DNA from: a virus
Taxonomy: Duplodnaviria > Caudoviricetes
Direction: 5' to 3' (one strand)
Length of the DNA stretch: 64,000 nt
Virus record (IMG/VR): IMGVR_UViG_3300030376_004895
Coordinates: 21,931-85,930 of that record
Position numbers and translations under genes: made by a program. Below the pieces are notes generated by a model. That model searched no databases and had not been told where the DNA came from. It saw only the letters and a list, made by a program, of their open reading frames with translations. Within the stretch, counting starts at the first letter, position 1, and each line of letters starts with the position of its first letter. Positions 19,801 through 27,781 of this stretch are shown in pieces.

Positions 19801-22800
19801 TGATTCTCCTGATCACCTCATTCACGCACAGATTGAACTCTCCCATCGTATTAGCGACATCGCTGAAGTCAATCTCTAATGGCCTGACGTATTCTAAGGC
19901 CGTTCCATCTGATTTCTTGCCCTTCAATCCGAGGTAGTTGGTTTGACATATGACTGGATGCAAGGATTGCCTGTCGTTTGCCGCCTCGTTGTTCTCCAGG
20001 ATGTCCCACTCGAATGCCTCCATGTTCGGGCCATTTAGGATGAGGTATCGTGAGGAGTTGTTCGGATCCACATGAACGGCATCAGTATTGAGTCCCATGA
20101 TTGTCCTGACGGCAGTTGCTATATCACTAGCCACTTCGGCAGTAGTGTCGTCATTTGGTATCTGAATGATGAAGTCTTGAGCGTTATTTGGGACTGAAGA
20201 CGAACCATCTAGGATGATGTATCCTCCCATAGTCACCGTCATTCCAGGGTCAATATCAGTAGTCTGATTCGTGCTACTGCTGGCATTGTTGATGGTGTTC
20301 AGAGGATTCCACTCAAGGGTGTTCACGGTTATCTGGTTGTTGCCCGAGTTTAGATTACTGACTTTGAGCATCACCCCATAGCCATCATTCAACACGCCTT
20401 CACCGACTGTGATGAAGAAGTTAGTGTCTGCCGCATTCCCTGCAAGCCCCCTCTCACCTGTCGCAGAGAGGAAAGGAGTGATGTCATCCACAGTCAGGGT
20501 ATTGCTACCGCCTCCGCTTATTGCGGTCACAACCGCTTGCACGGATGGCCTCTGACACCTAATTACCCACCTACCACTACCATATGCCCAAGCGTATAGC
20601 TGATCAGTCACCTCGAAGGAGGCTACCGGACTGACTTGACCCCAATCAACGGCAAAGCGAGACTCGTTGTCCCTCATCTCCGGCCTGTTAGTAGCCATCG
20701 TGCAATCGACAGTCATCTTGAATCTCTTGTCAGATGGCAGAGGGGTTCTCGCATCATTGTCTGCCGCGACTAATGCATCCACATCGAAGAACATGGAGGG
20801 GAACAGGGGTATCTCAGTCACGGCTCTCGTGGATGCGTAGTATGTGGATGTCTGCTTGTCATTACGAACAGATGCATTGCCCGCGCCTACTATCTTGTCC
20901 TTCCAACCAGGGAGGAAGGGGTGTTCTGCATATGTGGGTTGAATATCCATCCCACCCTGTCCTGGCCCTCCTAGAGTCATAGTCACAGTAGGGGTTCCCA
21001 AGTCACCTATTTCTTTCACAGGAGATCCTTGCCCGATATTGAAATCACGAGTGGAACGATGGTCGATTACATCCATTAGGAGGGATCGACCTTCTATAAT
21101 TACCTTCGAGTCTCCTTCATCCGCACCCGTCTGAGGAGTTATCTCTTCGATTCGCCCTCGCATGAGATTCTTCTCTACTGTCGCAAGCGAGCTATCTTTC
21201 GGAGAGTTAGACGTGTGAGATACATCATCCAAAGCGGCATATTTGTCACGATTAGCAGGGTGGGCTAAGACGTAGTTTGAGTTTCCCGTCAATTCATTAT
21301 CTATGACATCATAAACAGAGAGGTCAGACCGCCTGAGTGACGGAGGAGTCAGTTTTGAGGATGTATGGGAGATTCGATTGTTGCCACTTGGAGATGAAAT
21401 ATACATCAAGTGGAAATCGGAGTTGCTGGAATCATCAGGAGTATTGGTGCTTGCTATTGCTTTCGGAGGGGCGTTGCCAATGATCTCAACTCCATTCCCA
21501 TAAGCAGTATTCTCAATATTGATGAATGGCGAGGGAGTTATGTCACCTGTTGGGTTAGACGACAGGGTGTTGGAAGCAGGTCTGTCATTGAAGCTAGTCG
21601 TAGGTAGGCTAACCAATCCTCCTGGGGCGGTGACTGTCAGAGTGATTGCCGAACCGTCTGTCTGATTGCCCGAATAAGGTCTTCTAAGCCAATCTGAGAG
21701 CGTCCGACCACCGAAGACGGCACTACCACAGGGAATGGTCTTGGACACGACTAGGTAAGCCGCATTTCCGGTAGCATGATCGGGCCGAAACTTAGCAGCC
21801 ACTCCTGATGTTGCTAAACTTGACCCTGCCACTACTTCTCCTGTCAGATCTATGGCGTTATAATGCACCAGAATCTGATTGGGGCCACCTGCACTAACTA
21901 ATACGGCTGGAGAGTCAATTACGGCCACTCTACTCTTTCTTTCGGGTGACAAGTGCCTGATGTAGCTGTCATTCGTAGGGACTCCTCCTGAGAAATCAGC
22001 AGTATGCTCGGTATCAAGTCCCTTGAGCATAAATGGCTTCACATTGCTAACTGCAATTGCCACTATCTCATCCCTAGTGGAAGCATACACGTTCTGACTG
22101 ATAGTTTTGTCATAGAATCCTACGCCGGACTCGACCACTATCCTGTTGAATACATTGGTGCTACTGCTTCCCGAGTCAGTTGCCGAGATCGTTGAGGCTT
22201 TGTTGATGATGGTTGAAATCTCTCCATGATAAGCAGGTTCCGTCACTCTTACCTTCTCATTTTCTGAAACAAGAGTGTGCAGAGAAATGTTATCATTCTC
22301 ATATCTGAACGTATTAGCAATCCCCTGGACTGTTTGTTTTACTGTTTGTCTATCAGGAGACGGTAGCATCTTCAGGAAGAAATCGCCATCTATTAGGTTG
22401 TAAGTCGTGACCGCACCCATACCTGCGTATGTTTCACTTGGCTCATACAGAGTATTAGCATCAGTCGCAGATGTGCTACGGCTCTTGGTGGAGAAGAAAT
22501 AGGCATCGTTTGAATATCCCGAGCTATCGGTGAATCGTTGCCCCTGGAGATAATGAGCAAGAGTGAATGTGTCCTTCTTCCTTGTTCTCTGACCCGATAC
22601 TGAAGTATGGGTTTCTTCATTACCAGGGTCAATCAATAAATCGGCTTTTCCTATCGTGAAATAAACAGGTGTGTTATCCGTATGGGAGAATAAGTGGCCT
22701 TGCGTCTCAGGGAGGTTATCGACAGTCCCGTTTGCAGCATCATTCGCTAGATGGACAGACGTGCAATTGATTCTGTTATTTGCAAAGTCCAATCCTGTTA

Positions 22801-23995
22801 TTCGGATCCTCTCAATTCGATTCACAGAAGGATTCAATGTCGAAGTGCTTGATGTGCTAAGGACGGCATTGTTGTTGTATCTGACATTCTGAGAATCGGG
22901 AGGAGTTATGATTCCTGTGCTTGGGCTAGTCCCTGCATGGTTGATAACTGCATTAAGGACTGTTGAACTGACTCCTGTGAAGTATGCTTGATCAGTCAAA
23001 TCCAATGTCGAAGCATACCATGTCTGATCCTTGACTTCATCCAACTCAATCCCCTGCGTCATAGCCGCTAGTTTCTCTAAAGCAGTATATCGGTCTGCTG
23101 GCCCTCCTGGGTTTGCAGAATAGTCCCGTAATTTGAAATGAGTAGTGTTGAAATCATAGCCAATTGCTACCAAAGGGGTATCCAGGAGGCCATCATGAGT
23201 ATCCGGCCCATCTCTCCCCTGATGAGTCGCGCCTGGTCTTGCATTGTCGAAGAAATAGAATTGAGGGATGTCATATTCATCGTCAAAAGTCCACAAGCCG
23301 AATGTATCCTCCGTCTTTGTCAGAGGTTCAACCATCGGATTGACTATACCTTGAGATATTCTTACACTTTCGATGATGCCTCTGTATTCTCCCCCTCTCC
23401 CTCCAATGAATATGTCCGATGAGGATTGATTGACTGTGTTATTCTCGCCACCTAGTATCAGTTTCGCAACAAGATCGCCATTGATGAAGCATCGCAACTC
23501 ATCTTGCGTATATTGAGCAGTAATCAACATCAGACCTTGTTGCCCAATAGTCATATCCTGTGGTCGATGGGCATTAGAGGAGGAAGAATACACTCCTGAG
23601 TTATTGGAGGTCATCACAGGAGCATCAAATGCAGTTGATAAGGTGCTAGGGGTATTTGCCGTCTGGACTTGGAACAATAATTTACCCGAAGAGAAGGGGT
23701 TGCCACAACTTAGTTTGAACGACCCAGGTTTTTCGACCACGACTCCTCCGTAATCAGGGATTATGTATGCATCAATGGTAAATGCTCCTTGAAGCGCATT
23801 CAATGGGTTAGAAGGCGATTCGAGATGCATTCGTCCGGTCTTCGTTGCGTGACTCTTTGTCGATTTCACCGTTCCGGCGAACTCGGCGGGCCTCAGATCG
23901 AAACCTGCTTCTCTGTATTTCCCTGTGGGAACTACTAATCCATCTGTGAATCCATTTAGACGGAGAGCTTTGCCATGAAACCTCACAACGCCCAT
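16844..23995 (-). CDS. Giant tail-tip/adhesin protein (2383 aa) with N- and C-terminal LamG/ConA-like domains
   Basis: N-term FTIDAYIIP...LRCFINGDLV...IFIGG...RGIIESVRIS...GLWTFDD. C-term TISVWFKP...WTNLIVKV...LANVAIFNYAL. Confidence 0.65.
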   Translation of the reverse strand: MGVVRFHGKALRLNGFTDGLVVPTGKYREAGFDLRPAEFAGTVKSTKSHATKTGRMHLESPSNPLNALQGAFTIDAYIIPDYGGVVVEKPGSFKLSCGNPFSSGKLLFQVQTANTPSTLSTAFDAPVMTSNNSGVYSSSSNAHRPQDMTIGQQGLMLITAQYTQDELRCFINGDLVAKLILGGENNTVNQSSSDIFIGGRGGEYRGIIESVRISQGIVNPMVEPLTKTEDTFGLWTFDDEYDIPQFYFFDNARPGATHQGRDGPDTHDGLLDTPLVAIGYDFNTTHFKLRDYSANPGGPADRYTALEKLAAMTQGIELDEVKDQTWYASTLDLTDQAYFTGVSSTVLNAVINHAGTSPSTGIITPPDSQNVRYNNNAVLSTSSTSTLNPSVNRIERIRITGLDFANNRINCTSVHLANDAANGTVDNLPETQGHLFSHTDNTPVYFTIGKADLLIDPGNEETHTSVSGQRTRKKDTFTLAHYLQGQRFTDSSGYSNDAYFFSTKSRSTSATDANTLYEPSETYAGMGAVTTYNLIDGDFFLKMLPSPDRQTVKQTVQGIANTFRYENDNISLHTLVSENEKVRVTEPAYHGEISTIINKASTISATDSGSSSTNVFNRIVVESGVGFYDKTISQNVYASTRDEIVAIAVSNVKPFMLKGLDTEHTADFSGGVPTNDSYIRHLSPERKSRVAVIDSPAVLVSAGGPNQILVHYNAIDLTGEVVAGSSLATSGVAAKFRPDHATGNAAYLVVSKTIPCGSAVFGGRTLSDWLRRPYSGNQTDGSAITLTVTAPGGLVSLPTTSFNDRPASNTLSSNPTGDITPSPFINIENTAYGNGVEIIGNAPPKAIASTNTPDDSSNSDFHLMYISSPSGNNRISHTSSKLTPPSLRRSDLSVYDVIDNELTGNSNYVLAHPANRDKYAALDDVSHTSNSPKDSSLATVEKNLMRGRIEEITPQTGADEGDSKVIIEGRSLLMDVIDHRSTRDFNIGQGSPVKEIGDLGTPTVTMTLGGPGQGGMDIQPTYAEHPFLPGWKDKIVGAGNASVRNDKQTSTYYASTRAVTEIPLFPSMFFDVDALVAADNDARTPLPSDKRFKMTVDCTMATNRPEMRDNESRFAVDWGQVSPVASFEVTDQLYAWAYGSGRWVIRCQRPSVQAVVTAISGGGSNTLTVDDITPFLSATGERGLAGNAADTNFFITVGEGVLNDGYGVMLKVSNLNSGNNQITVNTLEWNPLNTINNASSSTNQTTDIDPGMTVTMGGYIILDGSSSVPNNAQDFIIQIPNDDTTAEVASDIATAVRTIMGLNTDAVHVDPNNSSRYLILNGPNMEAFEWDILENNEAANDRQSLHPVICQTNYLGLKGKKSDGTALEYVRPLEIDFSDVANTMGEFNLCVNEVIRRINMAGHPQAKNSEGGSAFDPPPIFPSVATNKDTGTHMGYVRAFIGTGTESRDGEAGSTIVIHSTVPGASGRNFNIRLSNNTPYSYKPVQVVGYGGLLSSNSRLYQPNLIPSPMPIGADGETFVPISTFRGAPSGSALDSTNSTRSYNGLGSSFKVTTVASPASEELDGATKYEDSGVLVNNGSGYGSGSTTTIAVDTVDATTKFRVGETVYDNDGASVGTISSLTATQIVFTGNIGQTLANNEELQRAIPMTSPTLLEFTTQTSLSHIAVSTSVEDYLKRITTFMGPNKKGILRVGSAVADFETIDQQRLPTSTDVLTNCFFIRNITPRGETMTQFLETFYDSEGATIGGVEFELIYPGSDSEGIVYFGGGHTGVTFDISDGTANDYSDDFLHHYSKGPTGFSGFQNLHEVSTASAVLDFTDITNNDTINDNTLRGIHHKLVERKDGTLGRALFYARLNEATVDVPTTTVGTPWGQNDSYFVEDLYGSKLRLVRGFVGELQSSLSGTWSQMSIKGASTTLASNMASGATSVTLTDASRFYVGTASATGASGAQNIINIDGTSCRYTGKNGNTLTGVALQNGNAINFTATAGDAVIGNQQLRYTVEPNSTTNATFNGYVLLDNGNAEAFSYTGGGGMSTLGFWGIDSVSNGSGTAAAGNKVMFIRAGGVGAVSTNGPANSVDSSDKGIHFNGQTAITAHHFNQDTATHSVEYGPLKEFDCSQDHTISVWFKPTDTSFAGDSEVASGPLVSGVDKRGYRWGLYISGTRGLTGSSTLWQQIRPSYIYHNGSGYTRKTIGITNGGLQVQKLTWTNLIVKVTSNVVDFRAGNSTALRFQRWHTGTGAVQSHDESSMISLTGGSNLPANASNYVNNVRSLATSSVSALPAQLPPDLCDGNPKTNSLFIGLSTIRRSDIIASWTDLTSNTSGSATLACGTDDGAGASNDSDSGVNTYGNNLWLHETALANVAIFNYALPDSDCDEIFASRGVW

Positions 23996-23996
23996 A

Positions 23997-25226
23997 TCAT
24001 ATTCCCACCAATTGTTCCACCGCAGCGAAATTCAACTCATATTCCCAAAAACCATCACCGGCATTGTAAGATGGCTTGAACATCTGCAAAACAACAGGTA
24101 TTGCAACTCCTTGTTCGAGATATGGGTTAGGCCGTATAGTCTCATTATTGACAACAGTAGTGGGATCGAACTCTTTCGTATTTTCTAGTGCAGAGTAATC
24201 AGTCCCTATCCCTGCGGGGATTAGGTATTGTCTGAGAACCCTATTCCCTGTGGTTGAGGAAGCCAGGGACTCATATGGAACTCTGAGGCCCACGATATAC
24301 TTCTTCACCGTCTTCATATCATCGACCCGTAGGAAACGAGATGCATCGAAAGATGCAATACCATCTGGAATGTCGATGACTGATCCTGCCATGACATTTG
24401 GATTAATCAAAGCCCCACCCGCACTCATATTTGATAGGTTCAGAAGGTCTTGGACTTTATCCTCCATAGTCATCTGTTGAGCTGCAATTCCTCCCGTTGC
24501 ATTTGTCACCCAAAACTGATTTGTCCAATCCGAACCCACATTATCCTTTGAAACCACTACTGTATGATTGCCAGCCGTGCCAAAAGTCTTGTTTGCAATT
24601 GTGATTTTCTCGCCATTGAATCCTGACCCTCCTTGTTGATCCTGTGAGAGCGTCTCGAATTGGCCGGAGGACTGTGAAGTAGTGAATATAGCGGAAAAGT
24701 TAGTAGTGACGGTATTCACTTTCACTTGAGCACTCCCTAATGCAGATGCTATCGTATCTGCCAAACTGTCACTATGAGTAGTGGAAGAGATATTCACAAC
24801 AATGATGCTATTAGTGGCTACGGTGCTACTTCCTGATCCATTCTTCAATTGAATAGTTATGTCCTCTCCAAGACCGGCGTTGATTTGCCCTATACTCTTG
24901 AAATTTATCTCCACCCCATCTAAATCAAGTTTAACGGCATTCCAACTAGAATATAGCTCATACCACGCAGCCTTCAATGTCTGACTCCCATTGATTGATG
25001 TGTCTATAGTGAATGCAGACCCTGCTCCTGATGTTGCCTCTGTGTCATCCGTGAATATGCCGCCAATTTGAATCTGAATGTTAGTCTGATTGAGGTCAAG
25101 GGCGGCACGAGTGTTTATGATCGGCAGAGAGTATGCAGTAGTCACTCTGACTAAATCGAACATGATGCTTTCGGCATCTAATTCCAATATGCTGCTATCG
25201 CGTCTAATCAACTGAATCTTTGGCAT
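23997..25226 (-). CDS. Distal tail (Dit-like) protein with insertion
   Basis: Immediately downstream of the TMP. N-term DLNQTNIQIQIGGIF and C-term MFKPSYNAG..FWEYELNF frame an S/T/N-rich insert. Confidence 0.55.
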   Translation of the reverse strand: MPKIQLIRRDSSILELDAESIMFDLVRVTTAYSLPIINTRAALDLNQTNIQIQIGGIFTDDTEATSGAGSAFTIDTSINGSQTLKAAWYELYSSWNAVKLDLDGVEINFKSIGQINAGLGEDITIQLKNGSGSSTVATNSIIVVNISSTTHSDSLADTIASALGSAQVKVNTVTTNFSAIFTTSQSSGQFETLSQDQQGGSGFNGEKITIANKTFGTAGNHTVVVSKDNVGSDWTNQFWVTNATGGIAAQQMTMEDKVQDLLNLSNMSAGGALINPNVMAGSVIDIPDGIASFDASRFLRVDDMKTVKKYIVGLRVPYESLASSTTGNRVLRQYLIPAGIGTDYSALENTKEFDPTTVVNNETIRPNPYLEQGVAIPVVLQMFKPSYNAGDGFWEYELNFAAVEQLVGI

Positions 25227-26626
25227 CAGATACCCCTCCCATAACCGCCTGACCTGGAACGGGACTTGAAGACTCTTTGAACTTCCTTTCCTACTGCCTT
25301 CGCAATCTTCTCTGGATCGCCATTAGCACCACTCACGTTGATGTTGAAAGTCCCACCTCCGCCCCCTCCTAATTCTCCCTCAATAGCAACAGGGATGCTA
25401 TTTCCATCGGGCAATGGGACTACTGCCTCCGTTCCATGCAGTATGGCAGGGAACCCACTCTTTGGCCCCTTCATGATGCCGCCGGTAGCTCCCTGTGGCA
25501 TCAAAGCACCCAAAGCGGCCCCTCCCATATCCATTATCCATTCTCCTGCATCACCCAAAGCACCCATTATGTCGATGCCACCGAGCCACTCAAGGAGATC
25601 GTCAAATTTGCCTGTGACGAAATCATACAAACCTTGAGCACTATCCATCAATGGTTGGAAGGGGTCTTCTTCACCCTGCAAAAGATTGGAAATAGATTCA
25701 AAAAGTGAACCAAATAAATCAAGCATTTGATCAATTGTTCCTGTGATAGTTGTGAGGAGTGATTCCACCATGCCAGCAAATATGTCAAATTCTTCTGTTC
25801 CGGTTAATTTGGCAATTTCAGTTAGGACTGTGCCAACGAGTGTCATTATCATCTCTATAAATTCGGAAGTCAAGTCTATTATTGAGTTGAATATCTCGAT
25901 AATCCCCCAATCATCCAGGGCATTCCATATGTCCTCAGCCATAGCAATGATGGTTTCCGAGAGATCCATGCCCGAATAGCCCATTGCATCCAACATATCC
26001 GTCACACCCTGTATCAAGGGGTCAAGTCCGTCTTTGAGATTCTGCCATGCACCTCGAAGCGTATCTAAAAATCCGACATCCTCCAATGCCTGGGGTATCT
26101 TGTCATAATTGTCCAGGACATGAATGATTATATCGACTACTTCGCCAAACAACTCTTCGGCAAGGCTAACCCATGTGTCAATGACACCAGAGGCAAGATC
26201 GAAGACAGGTTGAAGGTCGAACTCTCCTATTTTCTCCCATGTTTCCACCAATTTATCTCTCAAACGCCCTATTGAGGCAACCACCCCCTCTGATGCTTCG
26301 TTGCCCTTGCCCAAGCCACCGGCCAAGAGTGCGAGGAATGCAACGAATGTCATGAGGACTGTAATTATCCCAAGAAATGAGAGTCTGACGCTTTTTGAGG
26401 TCTTGTCCAGAACTGTGAAGGGTTTGGTGAATAGTTTCAAGGGGCTGAGAACCGCACTAATGGCCGGTTTCAATTTCATCCACACGTCCAGGAAAGGGCC
26501 GAAAGCCTTGCTCAGAATCGTGACCTTCGCATAGGTTGCCGTCAATGATTTGTTGAATTTACCCTTCAACGCCGCATTGGTCTGTGTGACTTGCTTTGTG
26601 AAATCTGCAATGCCACCATCAGCCAT
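25226..26626 (-). CDS. Tape measure protein (short, 466 aa)
   Basis: Follows the chaperone pair. Hydrophobic segment, amphipathic helices with spaced W/F, and C-terminal ATGGIMKGPKSGFPAILHGTEAVVPL typical of TMP ends. Confidence 0.8.
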   Translation of the reverse strand: MADGGIADFTKQVTQTNAALKGKFNKSLTATYAKVTILSKAFGPFLDVWMKLKPAISAVLSPLKLFTKPFTVLDKTSKSVRLSFLGIITVLMTFVAFLALLAGGLGKGNEASEGVVASIGRLRDKLVETWEKIGEFDLQPVFDLASGVIDTWVSLAEELFGEVVDIIIHVLDNYDKIPQALEDVGFLDTLRGAWQNLKDGLDPLIQGVTDMLDAMGYSGMDLSETIIAMAEDIWNALDDWGIIEIFNSIIDLTSEFIEMIMTLVGTVLTEIAKLTGTEEFDIFAGMVESLLTTITGTIDQMLDLFGSLFESISNLLQGEEDPFQPLMDSAQGLYDFVTGKFDDLLEWLGGIDIMGALGDAGEWIMDMGGAALGALMPQGATGGIMKGPKSGFPAILHGTEAVVPLPDGNSIPVAIEGELGGGGGGTFNINVSGANGDPEKIAKAVGKEVQRVFKSRSRSGGYGRGI

Positions 26627-26990
26627 CTTCTTCCCTCAGTTTTGCATTCATTAAATCGAAACTATCTGTAAGGGTGGCACTATCACTTGTTGTCCGTAGT
26701 GGCCTCCCTTTATTTCGGTTTCCTCCGGCATTATAACGAGAAGACTGAGAATTATACCTTTTTTGATCATCTGCTTGCTTTTCTTGAAAGGCTCTGACGA
26801 AGTTATACAGGAATTGAACCTCATCGGGAGGTTGATTATCCCAAGAGTGAGGTGGGCAGTTGAAATGAGTGCCTAACACGAAGGTAATCGCCCGATATGA
26901 GAGCATTAGGCTCTGTTTGGGGGTGAAGTCGCCTACCCTTCCATCTGAATTGAGAAACAATCGCAGCTCGGGGTAGGTTATCCCAAAGGG
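26619..26990 (-). CDS. Tail assembly chaperone GT extension (reached by -1 frameshift)
   Basis: The -1 frame is open from the slippery heptamer: CCC TTT GGG ATA ACC TAC CCC GAG CTG CGA TTG TTT..., continuous with ORF 26619..26960, which only has a TTG start. Confidence 0.75.
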   Translation of the reverse strand, partial: PFGITYPELRLFLNSDGRVGDFTPKQSLMLSYRAITFVLGTHFNCPPHSWDNQPPDEVQFLYNFVRAFQEKQADDQKRYNSQSSRYNAGGNRNKGRPLRTTSDSATLTDSFDLMNAKLREEDG

Positions 26991-27337
26991 GCAGACTCAC
27001 CGCCGGAAATTGCACCCACTAACTCATCAATACCTGGGAGTATCCCCACTATTGCCTTCCCGACCTCTGGACTGATCCTAAGAATGTCTTTCTTGGGGAT
27101 CGAAGGCTCGGTATTCTCTATGCAATTCTTGAGGATGTATCTGTAATAGCCACCGAAGTCAATTTTTGGAACCGCTTCATCACCATCAATCTGAAAATCC
27201 ACAAATCTCGAAACTGCTTCTTGCTGCTGAATCCATGACATTGGCTTAATCCATACGACAAGATTGCCACTTGGAGTTTCGACATCATGCCGAATGGCGG
27301 TGGTTCCTACGAGGAAATCATTCGCTTTCAGAGCCAT
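26978..27337 (-). CDS. Tail assembly chaperone G
   Basis: 119 aa between tube and TMP, ending GCC CCT TTG GGA TAA. RBS GGAGATGAGG upstream. Confidence 0.75.
   Translation of the reverse strand: MALKANDFLVGTTAIRHDVETPSGNLVVWIKPMSWIQQQEAVSRFVDFQIDGDEAVPKIDFGGYYRYILKNCIENTEPSIPKKDILRISPEVGKAIVGILPGIDELVGAISGGESAPLG
26984..26990 (-). promoter_or_regulatory. -1 ribosomal frameshift slippery heptamer C CCT TTG
   Basis: X XXY YYZ in the correct phase, one codon before the stop, at the conserved G/GT locus of long-tailed phages. Confidence 0.8.
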
Positions 27338-27743
27338 CTACCTCATCTCCTCCGTCTTCGGTGGTTTCTGCAACCGCCTCTGACGTTTCCCCATCAAGAG
27401 GGGCATCGTCTGTGGCACTTGCCTCCTCCTCGACTACTGCTGGCGGAGTGTATCCGCCTGGATTGTTGGCATCCCATGCCCTCAGCCTGTTGATCAACTG
27501 TTCCTTGTTGCCATAGATAGGCTCACCTCTCTGTTGTAGCAGGACTTTCAGCTCGGTGACGGTCAAATCCTCATATCCATCTTCAGGAGGTGCTTCTTCC
27601 TCGACTACGGCGGGTGCAAGCGCACCTTCGAGAGTTATCTCGGATGCACTCAAACCTGGGCCTTCTACTATCTCTTCGCCTATTATTGTCCAATCAACCC
27701 ACTCTCTTGAGCCATTGACTGTGATGAATCCCGTTAATCTCAT
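27318..27743 (-). CDS. Acidic protein with SAP domain
   Basis: YEDLTVTELKVLLQQRGEPIYGNKEQLINRL is a clear SAP-type motif with E/D-rich flanks. Confidence 0.75.
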   Translation of the reverse strand: MRLTGFITVNGSREWVDWTIIGEEIVEGPGLSASEITLEGALAPAVVEEEAPPEDGYEDLTVTELKVLLQQRGEPIYGNKEQLINRLRAWDANNPGGYTPPAVVEEEASATDDAPLDGETSEAVAETTEDGGDEVDGSESE

Positions 27744-27760
27744 TGTATATCCCTCATCCT

Positions 27761-27772
27761 CAATGGTTCTTT
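27761..27772 (-). promoter_or_regulatory. Candidate late promoter element (AAAGAACCATTG)
   Basis: Copy of the motif shared by several late-region intergenic gaps, 17 nt before the ATG. Confidence 0.35.
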
Positions 27773-27781
27773 ACTCTTCTC

